From: Candidatus Thorarchaeota archaeon
GTDB lineage: Archaea > Asgardarchaeota > Thorarchaeia > Thorarchaeales > Thorarchaeaceae
Length of the DNA stretch: 15,146 nt
Direction of reading: 5' to 3'
NCBI GenBank assembly: GCA_038893995.1
Contig: JAWAQK010000043.1
Coordinates: forward strand, 6,603-21,748
The position numbers and the translations under genes are program-made. Below, piece after piece: positions 1 through 7,918 of this stretch (positions are counted from its first letter, which is position 1; every line of letters begins with the position of its first letter). The notes beneath the pieces were generated by a model, which searched no databases, was not told the DNA's origin, and was given only the letters and a program-made list of their open reading frames with translations.

Positions 1-57
1 ATGTGCAACTGCGGTCTTTCCGCAACCTGGAGTGCCACCAATCAGGATGGCGGTCAT
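1..57 (-). CDS. 5' end of AK6/Fap7-family (atypical adenylate) P-loop kinase; runs off the left edge
   Basis: The reverse complement of 57..1 reads MTAILIGGTPGCGKTAVAH with no stop. This is a hydrophobic strand followed by Walker A GTPGCGKT right after the start Met, typical of archaeal AK6/Fap7 (GTPGxGKT). Not in the ORF track. Confidence 0.8.
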   Translation of the reverse strand, partial: MTAILIGGTPGCGKTAVAH

Positions 58-121
58 GTGGTGAGGTCCTGCCGATGGGCTATTAGATGTTACTATGCGT
101 GAGAGGCACCATGGGCATTAC

Positions 122-135
122 ACAACCAATAAAAG
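122..135 (+). promoter_or_regulatory. Putative BRE/TATA promoter for the acetyltransferase operon
   Basis: ACAACCAATAAAAG is the main AT-rich patch in the divergent spacer, about 25 nt upstream of an in-frame GTG at 159. Confidence 0.4.
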
Positions 136-158
136 ACCTCGAGCTGGTTCGGGGAACT

Positions 159-659
159 GTGTCAGGCATCGCTGATGTGACGCGGACCACCAGTCGCATC
201 GAGATAAGGCAGTTTGTCCAGGAGGACCTTCCGGCAGTCGTAGAGATCAACAGGACCTGTCTTCCGGAGAACTATCCGGATCAGTTCTTTCTTGGGCTCT
301 ACTATCATGCGCCCAAGGCGTTCCTAGTGGGCCTGTTCGACGGTAGGATCGCTGGCTACATCATGTGCAGGGTGGAGAGAGGACTCTCGGACCTGCACAT
401 ACCCATAAAGAAGGGACACATAGTCTCGGTGGCGGTACTCCCCCATGCCAGGAGACATGGGCTGGGGACTGCCCTTGTCCGTACCGCAATGGCTGAGCTG
501 AAGGGATACGGAGTCAAGGAGTATATTCTCGAGGTGAGGAGGAGTAACGAGGGAGCAATATCGGTCTACGAGTCCCTCGGGTTCGAGATAAGGCGGGTCC
601 TGAAGGGCTACTACCGCGATGGAGAGGACGGCTACCTCATGGCGAGGGCCGCAGACTAG
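159..659 (+). CDS. Ard1/Naa10-type (RimI-annotated) N-terminal protein acetyltransferase, GNAT family
   Basis: Motifs CLPENY, GHIVSVAV, RRHGLG (acetyl-CoA motif A), LEVRRSN..A..Y..LGF and YYRDGEDG. The ORF is open from 87, but GTG 159 (or GTG 177) fits the promoter position and family length better. Confidence 0.9.
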   Translation: MSGIADVTRTTSRIEIRQFVQEDLPAVVEINRTCLPENYPDQFFLGLYYHAPKAFLVGLFDGRIAGYIMCRVERGLSDLHIPIKKGHIVSVAVLPHARRHGLGTALVRTAMAELKGYGVKEYILEVRRSNEGAISVYESLGFEIRRVLKGYYRDGEDGYLMARAAD

Positions 660-676
660 GGAGCATCAGAGGTCAA

Positions 677-1594
677 ATGAATCCCGATGAGATCGAGGTA
701 CCGCTTGCCCCAGAGTGCTCTGCCTGTATCGTCAACAGCCTCATGACGATGGTCTCGCTCATCACAGATGACACCTCCAGGCAGTTCGAGATGCTCTCTC
801 ATGCTCTCAGAGAGATATCAGAGGGCTACAGGAGTAGGACTAGACCGCATGCACTGTCTCTCAAGATCTACCTTGACCTGTACTCGTCTTCAGGTGTCGA
901 CGATCCTTACAGACCCATTAAGGAGAGGAGTATCAGGGCTGCCCTAGAAGCACTGCCAGCTATCGAGCCAAGAATACAGGAGATGAATGGCTACGACAGA
1001 TTCAGGGCAGCTATTGCAGCATCCATCACGGGGAATCTGATCGACTTCAATACTGCGGCACATCGGCCCACACTTGACACCATCAGCACAGACTTCTGCA
1101 GGGTGCTTGAGGCCGGTTTCACCCCGGACCACACCACGACGCTGTGGGAGGAGGTCAGGTCGAGAGTGGGAAGGGTGCTCTTCGTCGGCGACAATGCTGG
1201 TGAACACGTACTGGATGCGTTACTTGTGAGGGAGTTTGACAAGATGGGGTGGGACTGTGTCTACGCAGTGAAGGGCGCAGCAATGATAAACGACGTGACA
1301 CTCGGCGACGTGCGGGGGAGTGAGATTGAGAGGCTAGCAAGGGTCATCACAACAGGAGCCAGGGCTCATGGTGTCCCCCTGTCCCATGTGAGCAGTGAGT
1401 TCATCGAAACAATGAAGCGCTCGGACATTGTCATCAGCAAGGGCCAGGCCAATCTGGAGACGCTACCATTCATTCAGACCCGGACTGGAGTTGCAGTCTA
1501 CTACCTCTTGAGAGCAAAGTGTCCCCACATGGCCAGACGCATCGGCGTACCGGTCGGGTCGAATGTAGTCCTCAGGAGTCCCCCATTGAGATAG
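677..1594 (+). CDS. ARMT1-like / DUF89 damage-control metal-dependent phosphatase
   Basis: N-terminal PECxxC plus GNLIDF, DNAGE, INDVT, KGQAN and C-terminal KC motifs of DUF89. GAGGT SD lies upstream. Confidence 0.9.
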   Translation: MNPDEIEVPLAPECSACIVNSLMTMVSLITDDTSRQFEMLSHALREISEGYRSRTRPHALSLKIYLDLYSSSGVDDPYRPIKERSIRAALEALPAIEPRIQEMNGYDRFRAAIAASITGNLIDFNTAAHRPTLDTISTDFCRVLEAGFTPDHTTTLWEEVRSRVGRVLFVGDNAGEHVLDALLVREFDKMGWDCVYAVKGAAMINDVTLGDVRGSEIERLARVITTGARAHGVPLSHVSSEFIETMKRSDIVISKGQANLETLPFIQTRTGVAVYYLLRAKCPHMARRIGVPVGSNVVLRSPPLR

Positions 1595-1606
1595 ACGCGT
1601 GGCAAG

Positions 1607-1618
1607 CTTTTTATTTAT
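1607..1618 (+). terminator. T-rich tract after the DUF89 gene (archaeal-type terminator or distal TATA)
   Basis: CTTTTTATTTAT starts 13 nt after the stop codon. Its role is ambiguous. Confidence 0.35.
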
Positions 1619-1654
1619 GCTGCGACCGGCACTTCTGAGTCCGGTCAGAGCCAC

Positions 1655-1670
1655 AAGGTAACGTTTAAAT
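1655..1670 (+). promoter_or_regulatory. BRE/TATA promoter of the thermosome-rpo6 unit
   Basis: AAGGTAACG-TTTAAAT, with TTTAAA at 1664-1669. SD GGTGGAGG at 1729-1736 precedes ATG 1744. Confidence 0.6.
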
Positions 1671-1743
1671 CCAAACCTCCGAAGTCCATGTACAGTTTTG
1701 CTGGACGAGTCTGGCAAGGTCCAGACTAGGTGGAGGATAAGCT

Positions 1744-3387
1744 ATGAGTCAACAGATACCTGTCCTAGTGCTGAAAGAAGACACCGAGAGAACACGAGGT
1801 CGCGATGCCCAGAGGAACAACATCATGGCCGGCATGGTCATTGCAGAGGCGGTACGAAGCGCCCTGGGTCCGAAGGGCATGGACAAGATGCTAGTGGACT
1901 CGTTTGGTGACGTTACCGTGTCAAACGATGGTGCAACCATCCTCAAGGAGATGGACGTGGCGCATCCCGCTGCGAAGATGATCATAGAGGTCGCGAAGAC
2001 CGTCGATACCGAGGTGGGAGACGGCACCACGTCAGCTGCTGTACTTGCCGGAGAGCTCTTGAAGCGGGCTGAGGAACTGCTGGACCAGAAGATACATCCG
2101 ACCACGATAATATCAGGCTACAGAGCAGCGACTGACAAGGCCATCTCAATCCTTGATGAGATTGCTGAGAAGGTCGACCCTCAGAGCGCTGAGTACAAGA
2201 AGGTCCTCAAGGACGTTGCTAAGACCTCAATGTCGAGCAAGTTTGTGTCTGGTCACAAGGACAAGCTGGCTGATATCGTGGTGGACGCAGTCCTGTCCGT
2301 CGCCAAGGAAACGCCCCCAGGCGAGCGGATCGACCTTGACAACATCCCCCGCATCAAGCAGGAGGGACTGAATGTCGAGGACACCCAGCTCGTGAGAGGT
2401 ATTGTCCTTGACAAGGAGGTCGTCCACTCCGGCATGCCCAAGAGAGTTGAGAATGCCAAGATCGCCCTCTTGGAGTGTCCGCTCGAGATAACGAAGACTG
2501 AGTTCACTGCAAAGATCGCAATCACCGATCCGACATCGATGCAGAGCTTCATTGACGAAGAGGAGAGAATGCTCAAGAGCATGGTGGACACCATCGTCAA
2601 GGCAGGCGCAAACGTCGTGATTGCACAGAAGGGAATCGACGATGTCGCCCAGCACTATCTCGCCAAGCACGGCATCCTCGCCGTCCGGAGGATAAAGAAG
2701 TCCGATGTGGACAGACTTCACAAAACCACCGGTGCGACGATAGTCTCAAACATTCACAAGCTGACAGAGTCCGACCTGGGCACTGCCAAGCTCGTAGAGG
2801 AGCGCCAAGTCGGCGAGGACAAGATGGTCTTTGTGGAGGGTACTCCGAAGTCGTCCGTGATGACGATACTCGTGCGAGGTGGCACTGAGCACGTGGTCGA
2901 CGAGGTCGATCGCGCACTTAACGATGCTGTCAACGTCGTGAAGGACGTTGTCATGAAACCTGCAGTGCTGTACGGCGGCGGTGCCGTTGAGTGCGAGATT
3001 GCCGAGAGGATAAGGGCATACGCCAACACTCTCGAGGGACGAGAACAGTATGCTGTGAGGGCCTTTGCCGATGCAGTCGAATCACTGCCGATGGCAATCG
3101 CTGAGAACGCAGGTCTCGACCCGATTGACATCATGGTGTCATTGAGAGCGGCGCACAGCGAGGGTAACATCACCTATGGCATCGATCTCGAGAAGGGCAA
3201 GGTCGCAGACATGAAGAAGTTGAGGATTGTCGAACCAGTCCTCGTGAAGAGGCAGGTCGTTGCATCGGCATCCGAGGCATCACAGATGATCCTCAAGATT
3301 GACGATGTCATAAGCTCCAAGGCAAGCAAGACTCCAGGTGGAGAAGGCCCCCGCAAGGACGAGGGCGGTGACTCTGACGAGGACTGA
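1744..3387 (+). CDS. ths: Thermosome subunit (group II chaperonin)
   Basis: Motifs [45 protein letters not shown] and ILKIDD; 547 aa. Subunit type (alpha or beta) cannot be assigned by eye. Confidence 0.98.
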   Translation: MSQQIPVLVLKEDTERTRGRDAQRNNIMAGMVIAEAVRSALGPKGMDKMLVDSFGDVTVSNDGATILKEMDVAHPAAKMIIEVAKTVDTEVGDGTTSAAVLAGELLKRAEELLDQKIHPTTIISGYRAATDKAISILDEIAEKVDPQSAEYKKVLKDVAKTSMSSKFVSGHKDKLADIVVDAVLSVAKETPPGERIDLDNIPRIKQEGLNVEDTQLVRGIVLDKEVVHSGMPKRVENAKIALLECPLEITKTEFTAKIAITDPTSMQSFIDEEERMLKSMVDTIVKAGANVVIAQKGIDDVAQHYLAKHGILAVRRIKKSDVDRLHKTTGATIVSNIHKLTESDLGTAKLVEERQVGEDKMVFVEGTPKSSVMTILVRGGTEHVVDEVDRALNDAVNVVKDVVMKPAVLYGGGAVECEIAERIRAYANTLEGREQYAVRAFADAVESLPMAIAENAGLDPIDIMVSLRAAHSEGNITYGIDLEKGKVADMKKLRIVEPVLVKRQVVASASEASQMILKIDDVISSKASKTPGGEGPRKDEGGDSDED

Positions 3388-3415
3388 AGACTGATCTCAA
3401 CAAAGGGTGTGTTGA

Positions 3416-4114
3416 ATGGCAGACGAGTTCGACCAGCAGAACGACGATGACGGTACTGAGGAAGAGGAAGGGACTGAAGACATCGAAGAGAAGACTCCGC
3501 CCAGTCAGGACACGAAACTGACAACTATCTCAGGAGTAGGTCCGAAGACAGCAGAGAAGCTGAAGGCTGCAGGCTATGACACCATCAGGAAGGTGGCAGA
3601 GGCGGAGCCTGAGAGTCTGAGTCAGGCAGTCCCGGGACTCAGCATCGCCAAGGCCGAGTCCATCATCGAGGAGGCCGCCACACTGATCGAGATGACAGCG
3701 ACGCAGGTCGAACGAGCTGCGCCCACGCCCTCAAAGATCAGAAAGAAGAAGTCAGAGGAGGCTGAACCAGTCAGGATAGAGTTCCCAAAGGCCGAAGAGG
3801 GAGGACGCACCACTCAGGTGACGGGCCTTCTCTCAGGTGTAGAGAGGGAGAACAGAGAGAGGGGAGTCCCAATTGGTCCAAGGTGGCTCACGAAGTTCGA
3901 GAAGGCGAGAATCATTGGCGCCAGAGCCCTACAGATCTCAATGGGGGCACCCCCGCTCATTCCTCTCGAGAGCGCACCGAAGGAACTCTTCGCCCTTGCA
4001 GAGGCTGAGCTCAAGGCTGGAGTCCTGCCAATGACAGTGAGACGCACTCTGCCGACTGGCGAGTATGCCGACATACCTCTCTCAACGCTACTGAAGTATA
4101 CGAGGCTGGACTGA
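3416..4114 (+). CDS. rpoK: DNA-directed RNA polymerase subunit Rpo6 (K) with N-terminal acidic tail and helix-hairpin-helix domain
   Basis: The C-terminal ~80 aa (LTKFEKARIIGARALQISMGAP...ELKAGVLPMTVRRTLPTG) is the Rpo6/RPB6 signature. Residues 35-90 are HhH-like (ISGVGPKTAEKL...VPGLSIAKAESI). Confidence 0.93.
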   Translation: MADEFDQQNDDDGTEEEEGTEDIEEKTPPSQDTKLTTISGVGPKTAEKLKAAGYDTIRKVAEAEPESLSQAVPGLSIAKAESIIEEAATLIEMTATQVERAAPTPSKIRKKKSEEAEPVRIEFPKAEEGGRTTQVTGLLSGVERENRERGVPIGPRWLTKFEKARIIGARALQISMGAPPLIPLESAPKELFALAEAELKAGVLPMTVRRTLPTGEYADIPLSTLLKYTRLD

Positions 4115-4138
4115 GAGTCCAGCTTCTTACTCTTTCTT
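4103..4138 (+). terminator. Hairpin plus pyrimidine tract at the end of rpoK
   Basis: GCTGGACT (4105-4112) and AGTCCAGC (4116-4123) form a perfect 8-bp inverted repeat spanning the stop codon, followed by TTCTTACTCTTTCTT. Confidence 0.55.
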
Positions 4139-4187
4139 GACGATAGACCGAGAACAATCTCTTTAGGAAATCGATACCTGAGTGTAG

Positions 4188-5537
4188 GTGGTGGTCATTC
4201 TGCAGTCGCTGTTCCTCTCTCCAGACCTGGTGATCAGGAGTCTCGTTGGCTTTGCAGTTGGAGCACTGATTGGTCTAGAGAGACAGAAGCGAATGACTGA
4301 GGGCGAGGTCATCGGAGTCAGGTCATTCGGTCTGCACAGTCTTCTGGGGGCAGTATCGGCATACACGTATACACTCTCAGACTATCAGAACATCGTTGTG
4401 CTGCTCTACGCATCAGTAATATCGGCCGCGATTGTCGTAGTCCAGCTGGTCCACAAGGTCTTCTTCACTCCTAAGAAGGGAACGACCACGTCTATAGTCT
4501 TTGCCTTCTCCTTCGTATTGGGAGTCCTGGTGGGGCTGGATGCCCCGCCAAGCTCGCCTGACAGCTTCCCCATAGGCGGACTACAGATGCTGGCCATGGC
4601 AATGTCCGTACTCACATTTCTCGTGCTTGGGTTCAAGGAGGAGGTGGCCCATGCAGTCGCAGGGATATCTAAGGAGGAGATGATCAGCGCTGCAGAGCTT
4701 CTTGTACTGATACTCTTCTTCTGGCCCCTGATGCCTGAGTCGGTGAGATTCCTGGGACTGGAGTTCCCAGCCTTCCTAATGTACGAACTCATAGTGCTCC
4801 TGCTCGGAGTCAGCTTCCTGAACTACGTACTGGTCAAGAAGTACAGAGAGAGAGGACCACTGTTCTTCGGCATCTTCGGAGGACTAGCGAACAGTGAGGC
4901 AGCGGTCTCGAGCATATCTGAGTACTATGTAGAGACCGGCCGGTCAGACACAGAGACGATGTCAGTGGCATGTCTGTTGACAAACATATCAATGGTCGGT
5001 AGAAACGGACTGATCATCGCACTGCTCGACCCGTCACTGCAGGTACTGAGGTACTACCTCGTTCCAATGGCAATCATGTGCACAGTTGGTCTTGTCAGGG
5101 TCCTACAGGAACGAACAGGTACGCACAGTGTTGACCAGGAGGAACTCCACTCCAGGCTCAGCTCACCGTTCGAGTTCCACGCTGCCATCAAATTTGCCGC
5201 ACTGTTCATAGCGATATCGACCTTCTCCCTGTTGATGCAGGACCTGTTCCAAGATGCAGGAGTCATCATCGCAGCGATAGTGGGTGGTCTTGCATCAGCG
5301 GGGGCGGTCGTTGCATCCATGACCCTGCTATACGTTGCCCAGGGGGGAACCATCACAGTCTATGCGGCCGTGTATGCTGCAACGGTTGCGACCGTCATGT
5401 CAGTGATGAACAAGACCATCTACGTCTACATCCAGGACAGGGAGGGTGCACTCGCCAAGAATGTACTCAGAGACAGTCTGATCATGGTCGCCGGCGTATT
5501 GGCATATCTGGTGCTCGCTCCACTTGTCCAGCCCTAG
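4188..5537 (+). CDS. MgtC/SapB-family, DUF4010-domain polytopic membrane protein
   Basis: N-terminal GALIGLER...GVRSF MgtC motif, more than 10 hydrophobic segments, GGLANSEA (GGxxSS-type) and PFEF..AIKFA, all typical of archaeal DUF4010 proteins. Confidence 0.85.
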   Translation: MVVILQSLFLSPDLVIRSLVGFAVGALIGLERQKRMTEGEVIGVRSFGLHSLLGAVSAYTYTLSDYQNIVVLLYASVISAAIVVVQLVHKVFFTPKKGTTTSIVFAFSFVLGVLVGLDAPPSSPDSFPIGGLQMLAMAMSVLTFLVLGFKEEVAHAVAGISKEEMISAAELLVLILFFWPLMPESVRFLGLEFPAFLMYELIVLLLGVSFLNYVLVKKYRERGPLFFGIFGGLANSEAAVSSISEYYVETGRSDTETMSVACLLTNISMVGRNGLIIALLDPSLQVLRYYLVPMAIMCTVGLVRVLQERTGTHSVDQEELHSRLSSPFEFHAAIKFAALFIAISTFSLLMQDLFQDAGVIIAAIVGGLASAGAVVASMTLLYVAQGGTITVYAAVYAATVATVMSVMNKTIYVYIQDREGALAKNVLRDSLIMVAGVLAYLVLAPLVQP

Positions 5538-5554
5538 CCACATCGATGGCTGCG

Positions 5555-5568
5555 CAATGCTTATAGAG
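5555..5568 (+). promoter_or_regulatory. Putative TATA promoter for hisS
   Basis: CAATGC-TTATAGAG, with TTATA at 5561-5565, implies a leader of about 100 nt before hisS. Confidence 0.45.
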
Positions 5569-5691
5569 CGTGTGAGTCACCGGACTTGGTAGGTGACAGT
5601 CATATTGGCTGGTGAACGTGTTCATTCTCATACTGGGGCTTCCTAGATATTGCCAGCCGGCCTGTCGCCGAGAGATTGGGAGGTCTTACTT

Positions 5692-6990
5692 TTGACTGAT
5701 CTAAGAACAGTCCGCGGTATGCGAGACCTTATGGGCGACGAGATGCGCGTCAGTGACTATCTGGTATCTACGGCCGTGAGTGTGTTCAAGCTCTTCGGTT
5801 ACGAGCCTCTGGACTCACCGGCTGTGGAGCTCTGGGAAACCCTCTCGGCCAAGGGCGGAGAGGATGTGGAGGCTGAGACTTTCAAGTTCAGGGACAAGGG
5901 CGACCGAGATGTGGGACTGAGGTTCGATCTGACAGTACCTCTCGCCAGGATTGTCGCATCCAACCCCCATCTACCCAAGCCATTCAGGAGATATGCAATA
6001 GGAAAGGTGTGGCGTTACGACAGACCACAGGCAGGGAGATACAGAGAGTTCATGCAGGCGGATGTGGACATAGTGGGGTCAGCCAGCCCAGCCGCTGACG
6101 CAGAGGTGGTCATGGTCGCGATAGAGTTCATGGAACGAGTCTTCGGGAGAGACTTCACCGTCCGTATCAACGACCGAAAGGTGCTCCGGGGGCTGACTGA
6201 GACTGTCGGTGTGCCCGAGAAATACTCGATGGAGTGCCTCAGGGCCATTGACAAGCTGGAGAAGATAGGCGTCGACGAGGTCATGCAGGAACTCAGGACT
6301 CGCGGGATCTCAGAGTCACAGGCAGGGGACATCCTTCAGAAGATAACTCTCCGCGGCAGGGGAGAGAAGGTAATTCAGGAGATGCGCGAAGTAGTAGGCA
6401 CGAGTCCCGTTGGGGCAGAAGGGGTTGCAGAACTGGAGATGATGGCCCAGATATTTCACGACTGTGGCGTCGAGGACCTTGTCGAGTACGACATGTCTCT
6501 GGCGAGGGGTCTCGACTACTACACGGGTCCAGTGTTTGAGGTGAGATATCTGAAGAAGCCGGAGATAGGGTCAGTGGCTGGAGGAGGCAGATACGACCAT
6601 CTCATTGAACGATTCGACGGCCCCCCAACTCCCGCAACTGGAATATCTCTTGGAATTGCCAGACTCATTGATGCTGCGATGTCTGCAGGTCTTCACGAAC
6701 GTGTCAGGCCCGTCCTTGATGCGTTCATTGCGCCTATCGATGAGTCGATGATGAGGCATGCATTCAGGATCCAGAGAGAACTCGTGCGTGCAGGCCTGGC
6801 CTGTGAGGTAGATATGATGGGCAGGTCTCTCAAGAAGATGCTCGAGGTCGCTGACACCAGGAGAGCAAGATACGTGATAATCGTTGGGCCTCGAGACATC
6901 CAGAGGGGTGAGGTCAGTCTGAGAGATATGCAGACTAAGCAGACTGAGAGCGTACCCCTGACCGGCCTGAGTGACAGACTGAGGGTCTGA
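5692..6990 (+). CDS. hisS: Histidine--tRNA ligase
   Basis: Motifs VRGMRD, LRFDLTVPLAR, WRYDRPQAGRYREFMQAD, LARGLDYYTG and GGGRYD, plus a C-terminal anticodon-binding domain. Start placed at TTG 5692 because SD GGGAGGT lies at 5678-5684; the ORF track starts at 5650. Confidence 0.98.
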   Translation: MTDLRTVRGMRDLMGDEMRVSDYLVSTAVSVFKLFGYEPLDSPAVELWETLSAKGGEDVEAETFKFRDKGDRDVGLRFDLTVPLARIVASNPHLPKPFRRYAIGKVWRYDRPQAGRYREFMQADVDIVGSASPAADAEVVMVAIEFMERVFGRDFTVRINDRKVLRGLTETVGVPEKYSMECLRAIDKLEKIGVDEVMQELRTRGISESQAGDILQKITLRGRGEKVIQEMREVVGTSPVGAEGVAELEMMAQIFHDCGVEDLVEYDMSLARGLDYYTGPVFEVRYLKKPEIGSVAGGGRYDHLIERFDGPPTPATGISLGIARLIDAAMSAGLHERVRPVLDAFIAPIDESMMRHAFRIQRELVRAGLACEVDMMGRSLKKMLEVADTRRARYVIIVGPRDIQRGEVSLRDMQTKQTESVPLTGLSDRLRV

Positions 6991-7078
6991 GGAGGAGGTC
7001 CACTAGGTCCTTTAGGACTCAGTGCATCTGGGCAAACACTTTTCTCTCACCTGGACCAAGTGACTTTGGGTCTTCGTA

Positions 7079-7918
7079 ATGGTACGCATGCCTGTCGTCG
7101 CTGGTTCATTCTACGAGGGAAGAGAGGACATCCTCCGCGAGAGGCTGAGACAGTGCTTCCTTAGGCCACCCGGGCCGGGAAGACTTCCGGAGGGCAACCC
7201 CGGCAGTACAAGAGCACTGAAGGCAGTCATTGCGCCCCATGCGGGGTACATGTACTCCGGATATCCGGCGGCACACACATATCTTCGGGTATTTGAGGAT
7301 GGGAGGCCCGAACACATCGTCATATTCGGACCTAATCATACGGGATTCGGAGCCAGGCTCGCGGTCTGTGAGGATGACTGGCAGACCCCTCTCGGCGTCG
7401 TGAAGTACGACCGACAACTCGGCCCGCTGATCCTGGACAACAATGCGCTGGCCTCAAGGGACTGTATCGCTCACAGTTCTGAGCACTCGATAGAGGTCCA
7501 GCTGCCGTTTCTCCAGTATGTGTTCGGCGAGGGTCTATCCTTTGTTCCGATCTGCATCAGTGACCAGAGGTATGAGGTATGTGAGTCAATTGGCAAGACT
7601 GTGGGTGAACTCGCAAGGGAGATGGACATACTGGTCATTGCCAGTTCCGACTTCACTCACTACGAGCCAGCAGAGGTCGCCAAGAAGAAAGACACACAGG
7701 CAATGGAACTGCTTGAGTATCTGGATCCAGAGGGATTCCTGAAGTTTGTCCGGCAACACAGAATAAGCATATGTGGCGCAGGGCCAATAACGGCAGCCCT
7801 GGTGGCCGCGAAGGAGAGAGATGCAACAACATTCAGACTTCTGAAGTATACGACTTCGGGAGACGTGACAGGGGACCACCATTCAGTCGTGGCATACGTT
7901 GCCGCCGCTTTCGAGTGA
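7079..7918 (+). CDS. MEMO1-family / AmmeMemoRadiSam system protein B
   Basis: Motifs R.P.VAGSFY, PHAGYMYSG, GPNH, EHSIEVQLPFL, SSDFTHY, CGAGP, Y.TSGD and VVAY. Confidence 0.95.
   Translation: MVRMPVVAGSFYEGREDILRERLRQCFLRPPGPGRLPEGNPGSTRALKAVIAPHAGYMYSGYPAAHTYLRVFEDGRPEHIVIFGPNHTGFGARLAVCEDDWQTPLGVVKYDRQLGPLILDNNALASRDCIAHSSEHSIEVQLPFLQYVFGEGLSFVPICISDQRYEVCESIGKTVGELAREMDILVIASSDFTHYEPAEVAKKKDTQAMELLEYLDPEGFLKFVRQHRISICGAGPITAALVAAKERDATTFRLLKYTTSGDVTGDHHSVVAYVAAAFE

Noticed and set aside
1749-3524. Multiple long antisense ORFs over the thermosome (1749-2105, 2227-2721, 2253-2600, 2754-3173, 3174-3524)
   Set aside because: These are shadow frames of a strongly codon-biased gene. They are Ser/Thr-rich with no motifs or start signals.
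7001-7048. Imperfect hairpin (CACT-a-GGTCC-ttta-GGACT-c-AGTG) and TTTTCTCTC tract after hisS
   Set aside because: It could be a terminator or part of the MEMO1 promoter, but the stem is weak and the tract distant, so it is not callable.
7079-7918. Complete AmmeMemoRadiSam system
   Set aside because: Only protein B is present. There is no AMMECR1 or radical SAM gene in the window, and dispersed arrangement is common in archaea.
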